From: Erysipelotrichaceae bacterium
GTDB taxonomy: Bacteria > Bacillota_I > Bacilli_A > Erysipelotrichales > Erysipelotrichaceae
Reading direction: 5' to 3'
Assembly (NCBI GenBank): GCA_017533785.1
Contig: JAFWII010000007.1
Span: 20,349-84,348, forward strand
DNA length: 64,000 nucleotides
The notes beneath the pieces are model-generated. The model saw nothing but the letters and a program-made list of their open reading frames with translations. It did not search any database and was not told the DNA's origin. The position numbers were made by a program, and so were the translations under genes. Below are positions 36,811 through 44,771 of the stretch, piece after piece (positions within the stretch are counted from its first letter, which is position 1; the number at the start of each line of letters is the position of its first letter).

Positions 36811-37111
36811 AGTGTTTCTGATCATGTTCGCGATCGGCATGTGCCTCGGCATCCTGCTGATGATCGCCAATAAGGTATTCGCCGTCAAGCAGGACGAGCG
36901 TTTTGAAAAAGCGATCTCCATGCTGCCGGGTTATAACTGCGGCGCCTGCGGTTACCCCGGCTGCAGCGGTATGATCGCGGCGCTTCTTTCCGGTGACTCC
37001 GGTACGCTGCAGTGCAAACCCTGCAAACCGGAACAGCGCAAGGCAATCGTTGAATACCTGAATACCACCCCCGGACCGACGGGCGAAACTCTGAATATCA
37101 AATCGATCTGA
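36803..37111 (+). CDS. rnfB: short RnfB: TM anchor plus N-terminal Fe-S domain only, no ferredoxin-type 4Fe-4S domains
   Basis: GGAGGAAAG SD before ATG 36803; MLKVFLIMFAIGMCLGILLMI anchor; GYNCGACGYPGCSGM ... CKPCKP; no CxxCxxCxxxCP motif in 102 aa. Confidence 0.75.
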   Translation: MLKVFLIMFAIGMCLGILLMIANKVFAVKQDERFEKAISMLPGYNCGACGYPGCSGMIAALLSGDSGTLQCKPCKPEQRKAIVEYLNTTPGPTGETLNIKSI

Positions 37112-37118
37112 TAGTTTT

Positions 37119-37454
37119 ATGAAAAGAAAAGAGCGGCTTATCACCTTGCTCATCCTTTTGCTGGCTGCCGGCGCTTTTGCCGGCACGAAGCTTTTCGGGC
37201 AGAAGGGCGGGCAGATCACTGTCAAGGACGCTTCCGGAGAGATCCTTCTGGAAGCTCCGCTGACAACGGATCAAACGTATGAAATCGAAGGGAAAGTCGG
37301 TCTTTTTCATTTGCAGGTCGAAAACGGACGCTACCGCGCGATCGATGTGGAATGTCCGAATCACGACTGTGAAGAGGTAGGGTGGGTATCGCCGGAAGAT
37401 TACCGGCCGATCATCTGCCTTCCCAACGGGATACTCGTGGAGCTTACGAAATGA
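37119..37454 (+). CDS. NusG domain II-containing protein (DUF1312-type)
   Basis: N-terminal TM, FHLQVENGRYRAIDVECPNHDCEEVGW...IICLPNGILVEL. Confidence 0.7.
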   Translation: MKRKERLITLLILLLAAGAFAGTKLFGQKGGQITVKDASGEILLEAPLTTDQTYEIEGKVGLFHLQVENGRYRAIDVECPNHDCEEVGWVSPEDYRPIICLPNGILVELTK

Positions 37455-37942
37455 AACCGCTGAAAAAAGAGATCTTTACAGCGCTGCTCTGCGCTTTTGC
37501 GATCCTGCTGAATATTCTGGAAGGACAGTTTCTGCACTTTCTTCCCTATGGTCTCAAGATCGGCCTGGCGAACATCTTCGCGCTTGTCGTCTGGGATAAG
37601 TATGGGAGAAAGGAAGTCATTCTGCTGAATCTGCTGCGCGTTGTTCTGGCCGCGCTTCTGAAGGGAACGCTTTTCGCGATCCCGTTCTGGATCTCGTTCT
37701 CCGGTGTCGCGCTAGCAACGCTGACGCTTGTTCTGCTGTATAAAAAAGCGACGCTTTTATTTGCGTCGCTGCTTGCTGCGATAATGCATAATTTCGGCCA
37801 GCTTCTGATGGTGATGTATTTCTACCATCAGGCGAATATCGCGGTTCTGCTGCCTCCGCTGGTCCTGATCGCAGTCCCGTGCGGATTGCTGACCGCCTGG
37901 ATCGCTTCTGAGATCCTGAAGCGGATCACCGGTTACGATTAG
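37451..37942 (+). CDS. Gx transporter family protein (heptaprenyl diphosphate synthase component I-like)
   Basis: 163 aa, about 5 TM segments, ILLNILEGQF...GLKIGLANIF; ATGA overlap with the NusG-II gene. Confidence 0.65.
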   Translation: MKPLKKEIFTALLCAFAILLNILEGQFLHFLPYGLKIGLANIFALVVWDKYGRKEVILLNLLRVVLAALLKGTLFAIPFWISFSGVALATLTLVLLYKKATLLFASLLAAIMHNFGQLLMVMYFYHQANIAVLLPPLVLIAVPCGLLTAWIASEILKRITGYD

Positions 37943-38628
37943 TCGAATACCATTTCGACGCGGTAATCGACCGCGACCGAAGTGATGAGCGGCTGGAAGA
38001 TCTCCCAGGTCTTCATGACTGCCATTTCGTCGGCATTCTTCAGAACGTTTTCATTTGTTTCGAGTTCCTGCCGCATTGCCTGTTCAACGGATACCTGCAG
38101 TTCGTTCTGCTGCTCAGTTGTCAGTGAGATATCACCGAAGGCCAGAAGGCCTTTTTCTGTATCCGAGAACTGCGTTCTGCTGAAGTCGATGTTCACATAC
38201 TGCAGTTTTGCGTGCGGGATATGGATACGGACGACTTTCTGTTCGTTGTCGACTTCGATGTTGCTGAGACGGATGCCACTGAGATCAACCGTGTAGACAC
38301 CGGCGCCGACCATGGTGATGTCTTTTGACTTGGAGAAGATCTCTAGATTAGCCAGACCGGCTTTGGTGATCGTAGTGGTCACGCTGATCTCCTGTTCCAT
38401 GACGATCAGTTCCTTATGCTCGGTTGCGGCGCCGATGACGCCTTCTTCGAAGTCAGCGGCTGTATAGCCGAGGAACGTGTTGTCAAGGAAGAGGTCGGTC
38501 GTTTCTTTGAGATGCTCGATCTTCTGAAGGAGCGGTTTGCGGAAGTGATAGCTGATGCCGACTGTCAGGATGAAGCCGACCAGGATCCCAAGGATTACTC
38601 CTTTGAGAAAGCTGTGTGTTCTTTTCAT
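37939..38628 (-). CDS. membrane-anchored hypothetical protein (DUF4230-like)
   Basis: N-terminal TM GVILGILVGFILTVGI followed by a soluble domain; assignment by resemblance only. Confidence 0.45.
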   Translation of the reverse strand: MKRTHSFLKGVILGILVGFILTVGISYHFRKPLLQKIEHLKETTDLFLDNTFLGYTAADFEEGVIGAATEHKELIVMEQEISVTTTITKAGLANLEIFSKSKDITMVGAGVYTVDLSGIRLSNIEVDNEQKVVRIHIPHAKLQYVNIDFSRTQFSDTEKGLLAFGDISLTTEQQNELQVSVEQAMRQELETNENVLKNADEMAVMKTWEIFQPLITSVAVDYRVEMVFD

Positions 38629-38642
38629 GGAAGCACCTCCTT

Positions 38643-38671
38643 TTAAATAAAAACGCCTTTTTATAGGCGTT
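38643..38671 (-). terminator. intrinsic terminator after tRNA-Thr
   Basis: minus strand AACGCCT-loop-AGGCGTT then TTTTATTTAAAA. Confidence 0.75.
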
Positions 38672-38680
38672 GGTCTTCAA

Positions 38681-38756
38681 TGGTGCCGATTGCCGGACTT
38701 GAACCAGCCACCTACGCGTTACGAGTGCGTTGCTCTACCGGATGAGCTAAATCGGC
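38681..38756 (-). tRNA. tRNA-Thr (anticodon CGT), CCA encoded
   Basis: GCCGATT/AATCGGC acceptor, TAGCTCATCCGGTAGAGC, loop CTCGTAA (A31-C39 mismatch), GGTTCAAGTCC. Confidence 0.85.
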
Positions 38757-38796
38757 TTAGCGGGTTTATTGTAACCCGTTTTGTCTAAAATGTCTA

Positions 38797-40080
38797 CTAA
38801 TGTTTTTTGCGGAATGTCTGGTAGAGTTTGTGTCCCGTACGGTAGCAGAATGCGGTAAATGGATCGAGCGTCTTCTCGAACTGACCGATCAGTTCGACGA
38901 CTTCACCGCCATACTGCTTCTTGTATGTATAGAGGCCGTACTGATCATTCTCCGGAGAGAAGTCGCCGGTAATGCCGTAGAAGTTGTAGTAGCGGTAGCC
39001 TTTTTCCTTCGTGATGCGGATCAGCTCAGCGACAATGATGTTCGAAGTGTTGAAATCCTGCAGATATTCCTCATCGTTGCCTGCCAGCAGCATGATCGCT
39101 TCCTGTCCGTAATCCAGGATGCAGACGACGGAAAGAACGGCTTTGTCTCCTCTGACTGCCATCGCGGACTTAACGCGTTCCTGAAGCTCAAGATGCTTGT
39201 TTAAAACGATCTCCTCTTCATGGACGCGGTTCTTGGTCTTGGGAGAATCCGGGTTTTTGGCGGAAAGCTTTTCGATCTTTGCATGCTGCTGCGCGATCTC
39301 TTTCTCAACGTTGGCAAGGCATGTCTTGAAATCGATCTCCGCTCCGTAGAAATGCAGGATCCCGGACGGATGCAGACAATCATACATTTTTTCGTAATAG
39401 GAAAGGGGACGGTCGATAAAACCGCGGCGTTCGCCGGTCCTTGCCATCAGCTCCTTATAGATCGGGATATCCTTTTTCTCAAGTTCTCTTACCTGGATCG
39501 CCAGAGCATCCTTTTTGCGGATGCGGCGTTTCGTTTCGTAACGGAAGTCGTTGACGATCTCTTCGTAAGTCTTATCTGCGACGTTTAGGCGGAAAAGGAA
39601 ACGCGGCTGCAGGTTTTCGTAATAGAGGTTATAGCCGGTGTGCGTGAAACCGAGTTTTTTCAGCTCCTCGACGGTCGCGTGATGGTCAAATCCGTCCTTG
39701 ACGACCTGGCCTTCGATATCGCGCTGACAGAGCTCGTAATAGGGGTCGATGATCAGCAGGAATCCTTTCTGCTGTTTGAGTTTTTTCTCGACAGCCTGCT
39801 GGAATTCCGCCAGCAGTTCCGTATTCTCATAATCGATCAGATAGCCGTGGGGCGAATAATACAGGTATTTGTTGAATACCGGCATGCGTCTTCCCAGAAA
39901 CAATGCGGCAGCAACGGTTTCCCCGTCCTTTTTGAGGGCCAGGAAAAGCTTGCGCCAGCCAAAGCTGCCTTTCAGTTCCGCCCAGCCGGATGTCTGCTGG
40001 AAGGATGTATATGGATGTACGGCGCTGAAAGAATCAAATTCCGCAGCGCTGATCTCTGTAAGCTCAGTCTTATTTTCCAT
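38797..40080 (-). CDS. FemAB-family peptidoglycan interpeptide-bridge aminoacyltransferase
   Basis: FQQTSGWAELKGSFGW, YSPHGYLIDY, coiled-coil insert, YNFYGITG, LYTYKKQYGG. Confidence 0.85.
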   Translation of the reverse strand: MENKTELTEISAAEFDSFSAVHPYTSFQQTSGWAELKGSFGWRKLFLALKKDGETVAAALFLGRRMPVFNKYLYYSPHGYLIDYENTELLAEFQQAVEKKLKQQKGFLLIIDPYYELCQRDIEGQVVKDGFDHHATVEELKKLGFTHTGYNLYYENLQPRFLFRLNVADKTYEEIVNDFRYETKRRIRKKDALAIQVRELEKKDIPIYKELMARTGERRGFIDRPLSYYEKMYDCLHPSGILHFYGAEIDFKTCLANVEKEIAQQHAKIEKLSAKNPDSPKTKNRVHEEEIVLNKHLELQERVKSAMAVRGDKAVLSVVCILDYGQEAIMLLAGNDEEYLQDFNTSNIIVAELIRITKEKGYRYYNFYGITGDFSPENDQYGLYTYKKQYGGEVVELIGQFEKTLDPFTAFCYRTGHKLYQTFRKKH

Positions 40081-41305
40081 GGTTCTCCTTAACGGATCTG
40101 CGGATCAGCCAGCGGCGGCGCAGATAAAGCAGTTTTCCAAGAAGGGCATTTGTCAGCGGCCGGGCGACCAGATCGAATTCACCGATGAATTCGTCATAAT
40201 CACCGCCGAACAGCATCTTGAACTGATGGATACCGTATCCGTCGGTACCCGGCTTGACTTCGCCTTCAGTGCCGAAGAAATCGACCCAGACAGCGTTATG
40301 TGCCTGCGCGTCCTTGAGGACGGCAAAGTAGATCTCGTGGCTGCCATGCAGGAAACGCAGGATATCGTTGTTTCCGATATGGACTGTCCAGACTTTGTCC
40401 TTGAGCTTGGCACAGATGATCGAGGAAAGGACGACCTCTTCCTCCTTGACCTCGTCAAGCTGTTCCTTTTCGGAGAGCAGACGGTTAAGCTGTCTGTCCT
40501 GGTCCTCACTCCGGTTTTCGTTCTGTTCCAGAGTCCTGATCTGATCTTCATAGATCTTGCGGATCGGTCCAAGCTCCGCCCGGCAGACCCAGATATCCGC
40601 CATTCCATGGGCGTTCAGGATCTTGTAGAAGTCTTCAAAGAAGGAATAAGGTTCAAGCAGGATGTCCTTGCTTTTGGCGGTCGCCTGCATCGTCTCGTAA
40701 TAATAACGGACATCTTCCTCGTTTCCCTTATAAACATTGAGATGGTAGGGGTTATGCTTGTTCAGTACCCGGCGCATCGTGTTGTGACACTGTTTGATCA
40801 GCGACTTCTCGTCGCCGCCGACCGGCGTGCGGACTGTAAAGCGCGGATTGCTCATCTCACGGAAGCTCATCGTGCGGCCGCGCCATTTGCATCCCTGTGA
40901 CTGGAAGAAGGAGATCAGTTCCTCGTTCTCCGGATGGTCCTCACGGATGCTGTTGTCCTGGTTAAGGACATGCCAGAGGAGGTCGGGATCAAAACGGAAG
41001 TACAGACCGTTTCTTTTGCGGATGTATTCCTTCGTCAGCTTCAGTATGGAAGCGAGCTGATCACGGTCGCTGTAATCACAGGCCATGCCGCGCGGGCAGT
41101 AGAAGGAGGCAAACGGACCGATCTTCTTTTCGAGCAGTAGAGCAGTCGCTTTCAGCGTGTCATCTTCATAGAATCCCAGCTGGTGCGCCTTCTGTCCGCG
41201 GGAACGGGCGACTTCCGCCCAGGCGGAAGTCTGCATAAAATGGTATTTCTGACTCGACAATACGAATTCGTCGAGTGTCTTTGCATCAATAGTTCGAATT
41301 TCCAT
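40070..41305 (-). CDS. FemAB-family aminoacyltransferase (paralog)
   Basis: FMQTSAWAEVARSRG, FYCPRGMACDY, VDFFGTEG, IHQFKMLFGG; 11-nt overlap with the downstream paralog. Confidence 0.85.
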   Translation of the reverse strand: MEIRTIDAKTLDEFVLSSQKYHFMQTSAWAEVARSRGQKAHQLGFYEDDTLKATALLLEKKIGPFASFYCPRGMACDYSDRDQLASILKLTKEYIRKRNGLYFRFDPDLLWHVLNQDNSIREDHPENEELISFFQSQGCKWRGRTMSFREMSNPRFTVRTPVGGDEKSLIKQCHNTMRRVLNKHNPYHLNVYKGNEEDVRYYYETMQATAKSKDILLEPYSFFEDFYKILNAHGMADIWVCRAELGPIRKIYEDQIRTLEQNENRSEDQDRQLNRLLSEKEQLDEVKEEEVVLSSIICAKLKDKVWTVHIGNNDILRFLHGSHEIYFAVLKDAQAHNAVWVDFFGTEGEVKPGTDGYGIHQFKMLFGGDYDEFIGEFDLVARPLTNALLGKLLYLRRRWLIRRSVKENHGK

Positions 41306-41311
41306 GCATAC

Positions 41312-41320
41312 AGTATAGCA
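41312..41320 (-). promoter_or_regulatory. extended -10 TGcTATACT exactly 6 nt upstream of the first femAB ATG, no SD (leaderless candidate)
   Basis: minus strand TGC TATACT GTATGC ATG. Confidence 0.45.
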
Positions 41321-41384
41321 TAACGGTCAGCGGGAACCTCATAAAAAAAGACATCTCGTGATGCCTCTCTTCGGTGCTATTGTG

Positions 41385-41582
41385 TTACTTCTTTACGACG
41401 TTTGCTGCTTGCGGTCCTTTTTCGCCAATTACAACTTCGTATTCGACTTCTTGGCCATCATCCAGGGATCTGTAGCCATCCTGAATAATTGAGGTGTAAT
41501 GTACGAAGATTTCCTTGCCGTCATCGCCGCAAATGAATCCATATCCTTTGTCGGCGTTGAACCACTTGACTTTACCGGTCAT
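41385..41582 (-). CDS. cspA: cold-shock protein
   Basis: [20 protein letters not shown]1, FVHYTSI RNP2; GGAGG SD. Confidence 0.95.
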   Translation of the reverse strand: MTGKVKWFNADKGYGFICGDDGKEIFVHYTSIIQDGYRSLDDGQEVEYEVVIGEKGPQAANVVKK

Positions 41583-41626
41583 AAAATACCTCCAACTAGT
41601 AAAGCATTAATCTGCCTACATCTTTC

Positions 41627-41655
41627 AATATAGCATTTTGATTTAGAATTTACAA
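41627..41655 (-). promoter_or_regulatory. candidate csp promoter TTGTAA-N17-TATATT with TGC extension
   Basis: minus strand TTGTAA attctaaatcaaaatgc TATATT, about 45-nt leader. Confidence 0.45.
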
Positions 41656-41715
41656 TCGTTCATGTCAACTATATTTCTACTGAATTGTCAGTATTCCTGA
41701 TAAGCTTCATCTTAT

Positions 41716-42180
41716 TTACAGGATCGTTTCCATGCCGTATTTCTGTACCTGCATCCCCAGAGACAGATAAAAGTAGCGGGCATCATCATTGCATGCCCAG
41801 ACATTGAGCGTCAGATTGTAACATCCGCACTTTCTGGCATAGGAAAGCGCATATTCATACAGCATGCGTCCGATCCCCTGACCGCGAACGTTCTCATCAA
41901 CGCACAGATCGTCGATATAGAGCGTTTTTACAGGTGTACGGATATTGTCTCCGAGGATCTGTTCAAGGATACCGAAGCAGTATCCCAGGACTTTGCCGTC
42001 CTCTTCCGCGACGAAGACCGGTCTTTTTGTATCCTCAAGCAGTTCCTCGAGCTGCGAGGCCGTGTATTTCGTGCCCAGATCAAACAGATCCGGACGACCG
42101 ATGTGGTGCACAAGATTGACCTGCTTCAGCAGTTCAAGCAGGGAAGGGATATCATTTTTCTGCGCTTTTCGAAGTAACAT
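41716..42180 (-). CDS. GNAT family N-acetyltransferase
   Basis: start at ATG 42180 with GGAGG SD; VDENVRGQGIGRMLYEYA acetyl-CoA motif. Confidence 0.8.
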   Translation of the reverse strand: MLLRKAQKNDIPSLLELLKQVNLVHHIGRPDLFDLGTKYTASQLEELLEDTKRPVFVAEEDGKVLGYCFGILEQILGDNIRTPVKTLYIDDLCVDENVRGQGIGRMLYEYALSYARKCGCYNLTLNVWACNDDARYFYLSLGMQVQKYGMETIL

Positions 42181-42236
42181 ATTGACCTCCGTTACACTAT
42201 GCTTAATCAAGTAAATGGTATCTGGCGGAAATTCTA

Positions 42237-42264
42237 TTGACAAGTCTTTTTTTATTTGTAGAAT
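42237..42264 (+). promoter_or_regulatory. promoter TTGACA-N16-TAGAAT, 9 nt before ATG 42274 (very short or no leader)
   Basis: TTGACA agtctttttttatttg TAGAAT acttcttgt ATG; no SD. Confidence 0.55.
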
Positions 42265-42273
42265 ACTTCTTGT

Positions 42274-42642
42274 ATGCTAAAAAAGCTGCGTATTCAGACA
42301 CAGATTTCTTCCGGCGAAAACACCCTTTTATACGAAGGGATCACCCATACGGACGGAAAACGCATCTGCGTCAGAGAATTCGGCAGCAATGCGGATCTGT
42401 GTATCGATCTCTTCGATGACGGGATGCGCATACATCGCCTGGCGAGCGATATCGAAACGACGCTTCAGCTCCGTGAGAGCGGTACCTTCGGAGAAATAAG
42501 GGGAGAAGAGGGTACCTTTGAACTGTCGGACATCCGGTTTCTGGATTACAGAAACAGTGATGGCAAAGCGCTGCTGCGGTATTCGCTGGGCGAGGAGTTT
42601 TTAATCAGTATTGAGGAATTAGGAGTTACAAATGTCGACTAA
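42274..42642 (+). CDS. hypothetical protein, DUF1934 (YwiB)-like
   Basis: 122 aa beta-rich ORF immediately upstream of and overlapping rpoE; family call tentative. Confidence 0.4.
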   Translation: MLKKLRIQTQISSGENTLLYEGITHTDGKRICVREFGSNADLCIDLFDDGMRIHRLASDIETTLQLRESGTFGEIRGEEGTFELSDIRFLDYRNSDGKALLRYSLGEEFLISIEELGVTNVD

Positions 42643-42952
42643 AAGAGCACTGACCGATCTGGCATATGAGATCATTGCTGAAAAGAATAAAGCAATCAGT
42701 TTTGGCACTCTCTGGAAGGATGTTCTGAAGATGAACGGTACGAACGAAGGAGATATCTCCCAGTTCTACACCGATCTTACTCTCGACGGACGCTTTGTCA
42801 GTCTGAAGGGGAATACCTGGGACCTGAAAGAAAAGCATAAGTTCGCGGATTCCTTTGTCGATATCGAAGTCCTCAGCGTCGAAGACGACGAGGAAGACGA
42901 ACGCGAGGACAGCGAGGAAGAAGAAGAAATACTGGAAACAGAAGAAGAATAA
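42632..42952 (+). CDS. rpoE: DNA-directed RNA polymerase delta subunit (short form)
   Basis: HARE-HTH-like LTDLAYEIIAEKNKAISFGTLWKDV...DGRFVSL..NTWDLKEKH plus poly-D/E tail. Confidence 0.8.
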   Translation: MSTKRALTDLAYEIIAEKNKAISFGTLWKDVLKMNGTNEGDISQFYTDLTLDGRFVSLKGNTWDLKEKHKFADSFVDIEVLSVEDDEEDEREDSEEEEEILETEEE

Positions 42953-42976
42953 AGGGACGCAGGTCCCTTTATTTTA
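42951..42976 (+). terminator. intrinsic terminator after rpoE
   Basis: AAAGGGAC-GCAG-GTCCCTTT then ATTTTA. Confidence 0.75.
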
Positions 42977-42983
42977 TGGTAGT

Positions 42984-43622
42984 ATGATTACCGTGAAAAC
43001 CTTTATCTTTGACTTCAACGGAACCGTCCTGGATGACATCGATCACTCTCTGGACTGTATCAATACGTTGCTGACAAAATACCATATCCGCGAACCGCTC
43101 TCGCTCGATGAGTACCGTCATATCTTCACTTTTCCGGTCATCGACTATTACCGTAAGGCAGGTTTTGATTTCGACGTCTATTCCTTCGAAGAGATCGGCA
43201 GGGAATGGATCGACCTGTATTATTCCCATAAGGAAAAGACCCGCCTGATGGACGGTTACCGCGATATCCTGCGGACGCTTTCCTTCAAAGACTGCCGCAC
43301 TGTTCTGATCAGCGCCTCGCAGGAAGACAATCTGCTGCAGCAATGCCGCGAACTGAATATCGTCGATTATTTCGACGCGATTCGTGGGATCGACAATATC
43401 TATGCCGGTTCCAAGGAAGCGATCACAAAAGAATACATATCCGGAACCGATCCGGAAGACTGCCTGTTCATCGGCGATACGCTGCATGACCTGCAGGTCG
43501 CCAGAGCAGTCGGCTGCCGCTGCTGCCTGATCGCCAAAGGTCATCAGGCGGAAGATGTTTTGAAAAAGGAACACGATTATGTCGTTCGCGACATTCGGGA
43601 GGTAAAAGAGTTATGCGTATAG
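42984..43622 (+). CDS. HAD-IA phosphatase (phosphoglycolate phosphatase-like)
   Basis: start at ATG 42984; FIFDFNGTVLDD motif I, LISAS, IGDTLHDLQVA. Confidence 0.75.
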   Translation: MITVKTFIFDFNGTVLDDIDHSLDCINTLLTKYHIREPLSLDEYRHIFTFPVIDYYRKAGFDFDVYSFEEIGREWIDLYYSHKEKTRLMDGYRDILRTLSFKDCRTVLISASQEDNLLQQCRELNIVDYFDAIRGIDNIYAGSKEAITKEYISGTDPEDCLFIGDTLHDLQVARAVGCRCCLIAKGHQAEDVLKKEHDYVVRDIREVKELCV

Positions 43623-44098
43623 GTCATTCCCGTGATATCCACCGCTTCGGCAAAGACCGTAAACTGGTCCTTGGCGGTGTGGAGATCCCTTACGAACTGG
43701 GGCTGGTCGGACACAGCGACGCGGATGCGCTGGCACATGCCGTGATCGAAGCGATCATCGGTGCTCTTGGTCTGAAGGATATCGGGACGCATTTCCCGGA
43801 TACCGACCCGCGCTACAAAGGTATCTCCTCCATGCTGCTGCTCGATGAGGCATACCGGATGATGGATGAGAAGGGCTATGAGATCGGGAATCTCGATTCC
43901 CTGATCATGATCGAAAAACCGAAGATGGCCCCCTATATCGACCGGATGCGCAGCAATCTCGCCGAACATCTGCACTGTGATCCTGCCGACGTCAATGTCA
44001 AGGCTACCCGCGGCGAGGGGCTCGGCTTCGTCGGTGAAGGTCTCGGCGTCGAGGCGGACTGCGTCGTTCTTTTACGAAAAAAGGCCAATCACGAGTAG
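43613..44098 (+). CDS. ispF: 2-C-methyl-D-erythritol 2,4-cyclodiphosphate synthase
   Basis: MRIGHSRDIHRF, GHSDADALAHAVIEA, FPDTDPRYKG. Confidence 0.95.
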   Translation: MRIGHSRDIHRFGKDRKLVLGGVEIPYELGLVGHSDADALAHAVIEAIIGALGLKDIGTHFPDTDPRYKGISSMLLLDEAYRMMDEKGYEIGNLDSLIMIEKPKMAPYIDRMRSNLAEHLHCDPADVNVKATRGEGLGFVGEGLGVEADCVVLLRKKANHE

Positions 44099-44103
44099 GG
44101 ATT

Positions 44104-44112
44104 TGCTATAAT
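44104..44112 (+). promoter_or_regulatory. extended -10 TGcTATAAT, 11 nt before ATG 44124
   Basis: TTTGCTATAATatacgggagcgATG. Confidence 0.45.
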
Positions 44113-44123
44113 ATACGGGAGCG

Positions 44124-44771
44124 ATGAAGAAAGCATTGTTTTTTGATCTGGACGGCACGCTGATCGATTCCGAACGCTTTTATCTCGAAGGCACATACCG
44201 CTGGATGAGTGAAAAGGGGTTTGCCGGAACGGCCGAGGATCTTTACGGAACAGTCGGTGTTACCTTTGACGAGGCATACAGGCTGATGCAGAAGTATCTG
44301 CCGCAGTTCAGCGTCGAAGAGATCCGCCGGTTCAATGAGGACTATTTCCTGAACCGGGATCCGCTGCGCTACCGCGATCTGCTGTTTCCCGAAACAGACA
44401 GCGTCCTGAAAGAACTCGCTAAAGACTACATGCTCTGTCTCTGCAGCAACGACCCCTGCCGGGAACTTGACCGGTTTCGGACGGAATGCGGTTATGAAGA
44501 CCTGTTTACATTGGTGCTCAGCTGTGAGGACATTAAAAACGCAAAACCGGATCCGGAGATCTTCCTCAAAGCGAGAGATCTGCTGGGTCTGAAAAATGAA
44601 GATTGTCTGATCGTAGAGGATTCGGACTGCGGCATTGCAGCCGGGAAAGCGGCCGGTATCTATACCGTCGCAAGAAAGTGCCCGTTTCCCGTCGACCAGT
44701 CTGCCGCGGATCGTCTGCTCGGATCGCTCGGCGAATTAACGGAAGTGCTAAAGGAGTTTTACCATGAGTGA
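44124..44771 (+). CDS. HAD-IA hydrolase (beta-phosphoglucomutase/phosphatase-like)
   Basis: ALFFDLDGTLIDSE motif I, LCSND, KPDPEIFLKA, VEDSDCGIAAGKAAG. Confidence 0.8.
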   Translation: MKKALFFDLDGTLIDSERFYLEGTYRWMSEKGFAGTAEDLYGTVGVTFDEAYRLMQKYLPQFSVEEIRRFNEDYFLNRDPLRYRDLLFPETDSVLKELAKDYMLCLCSNDPCRELDRFRTECGYEDLFTLVLSCEDIKNAKPDPEIFLKARDLLGLKNEDCLIVEDSDCGIAAGKAAGIYTVARKCPFPVDQSAADRLLGSLGELTEVLKEFYHE

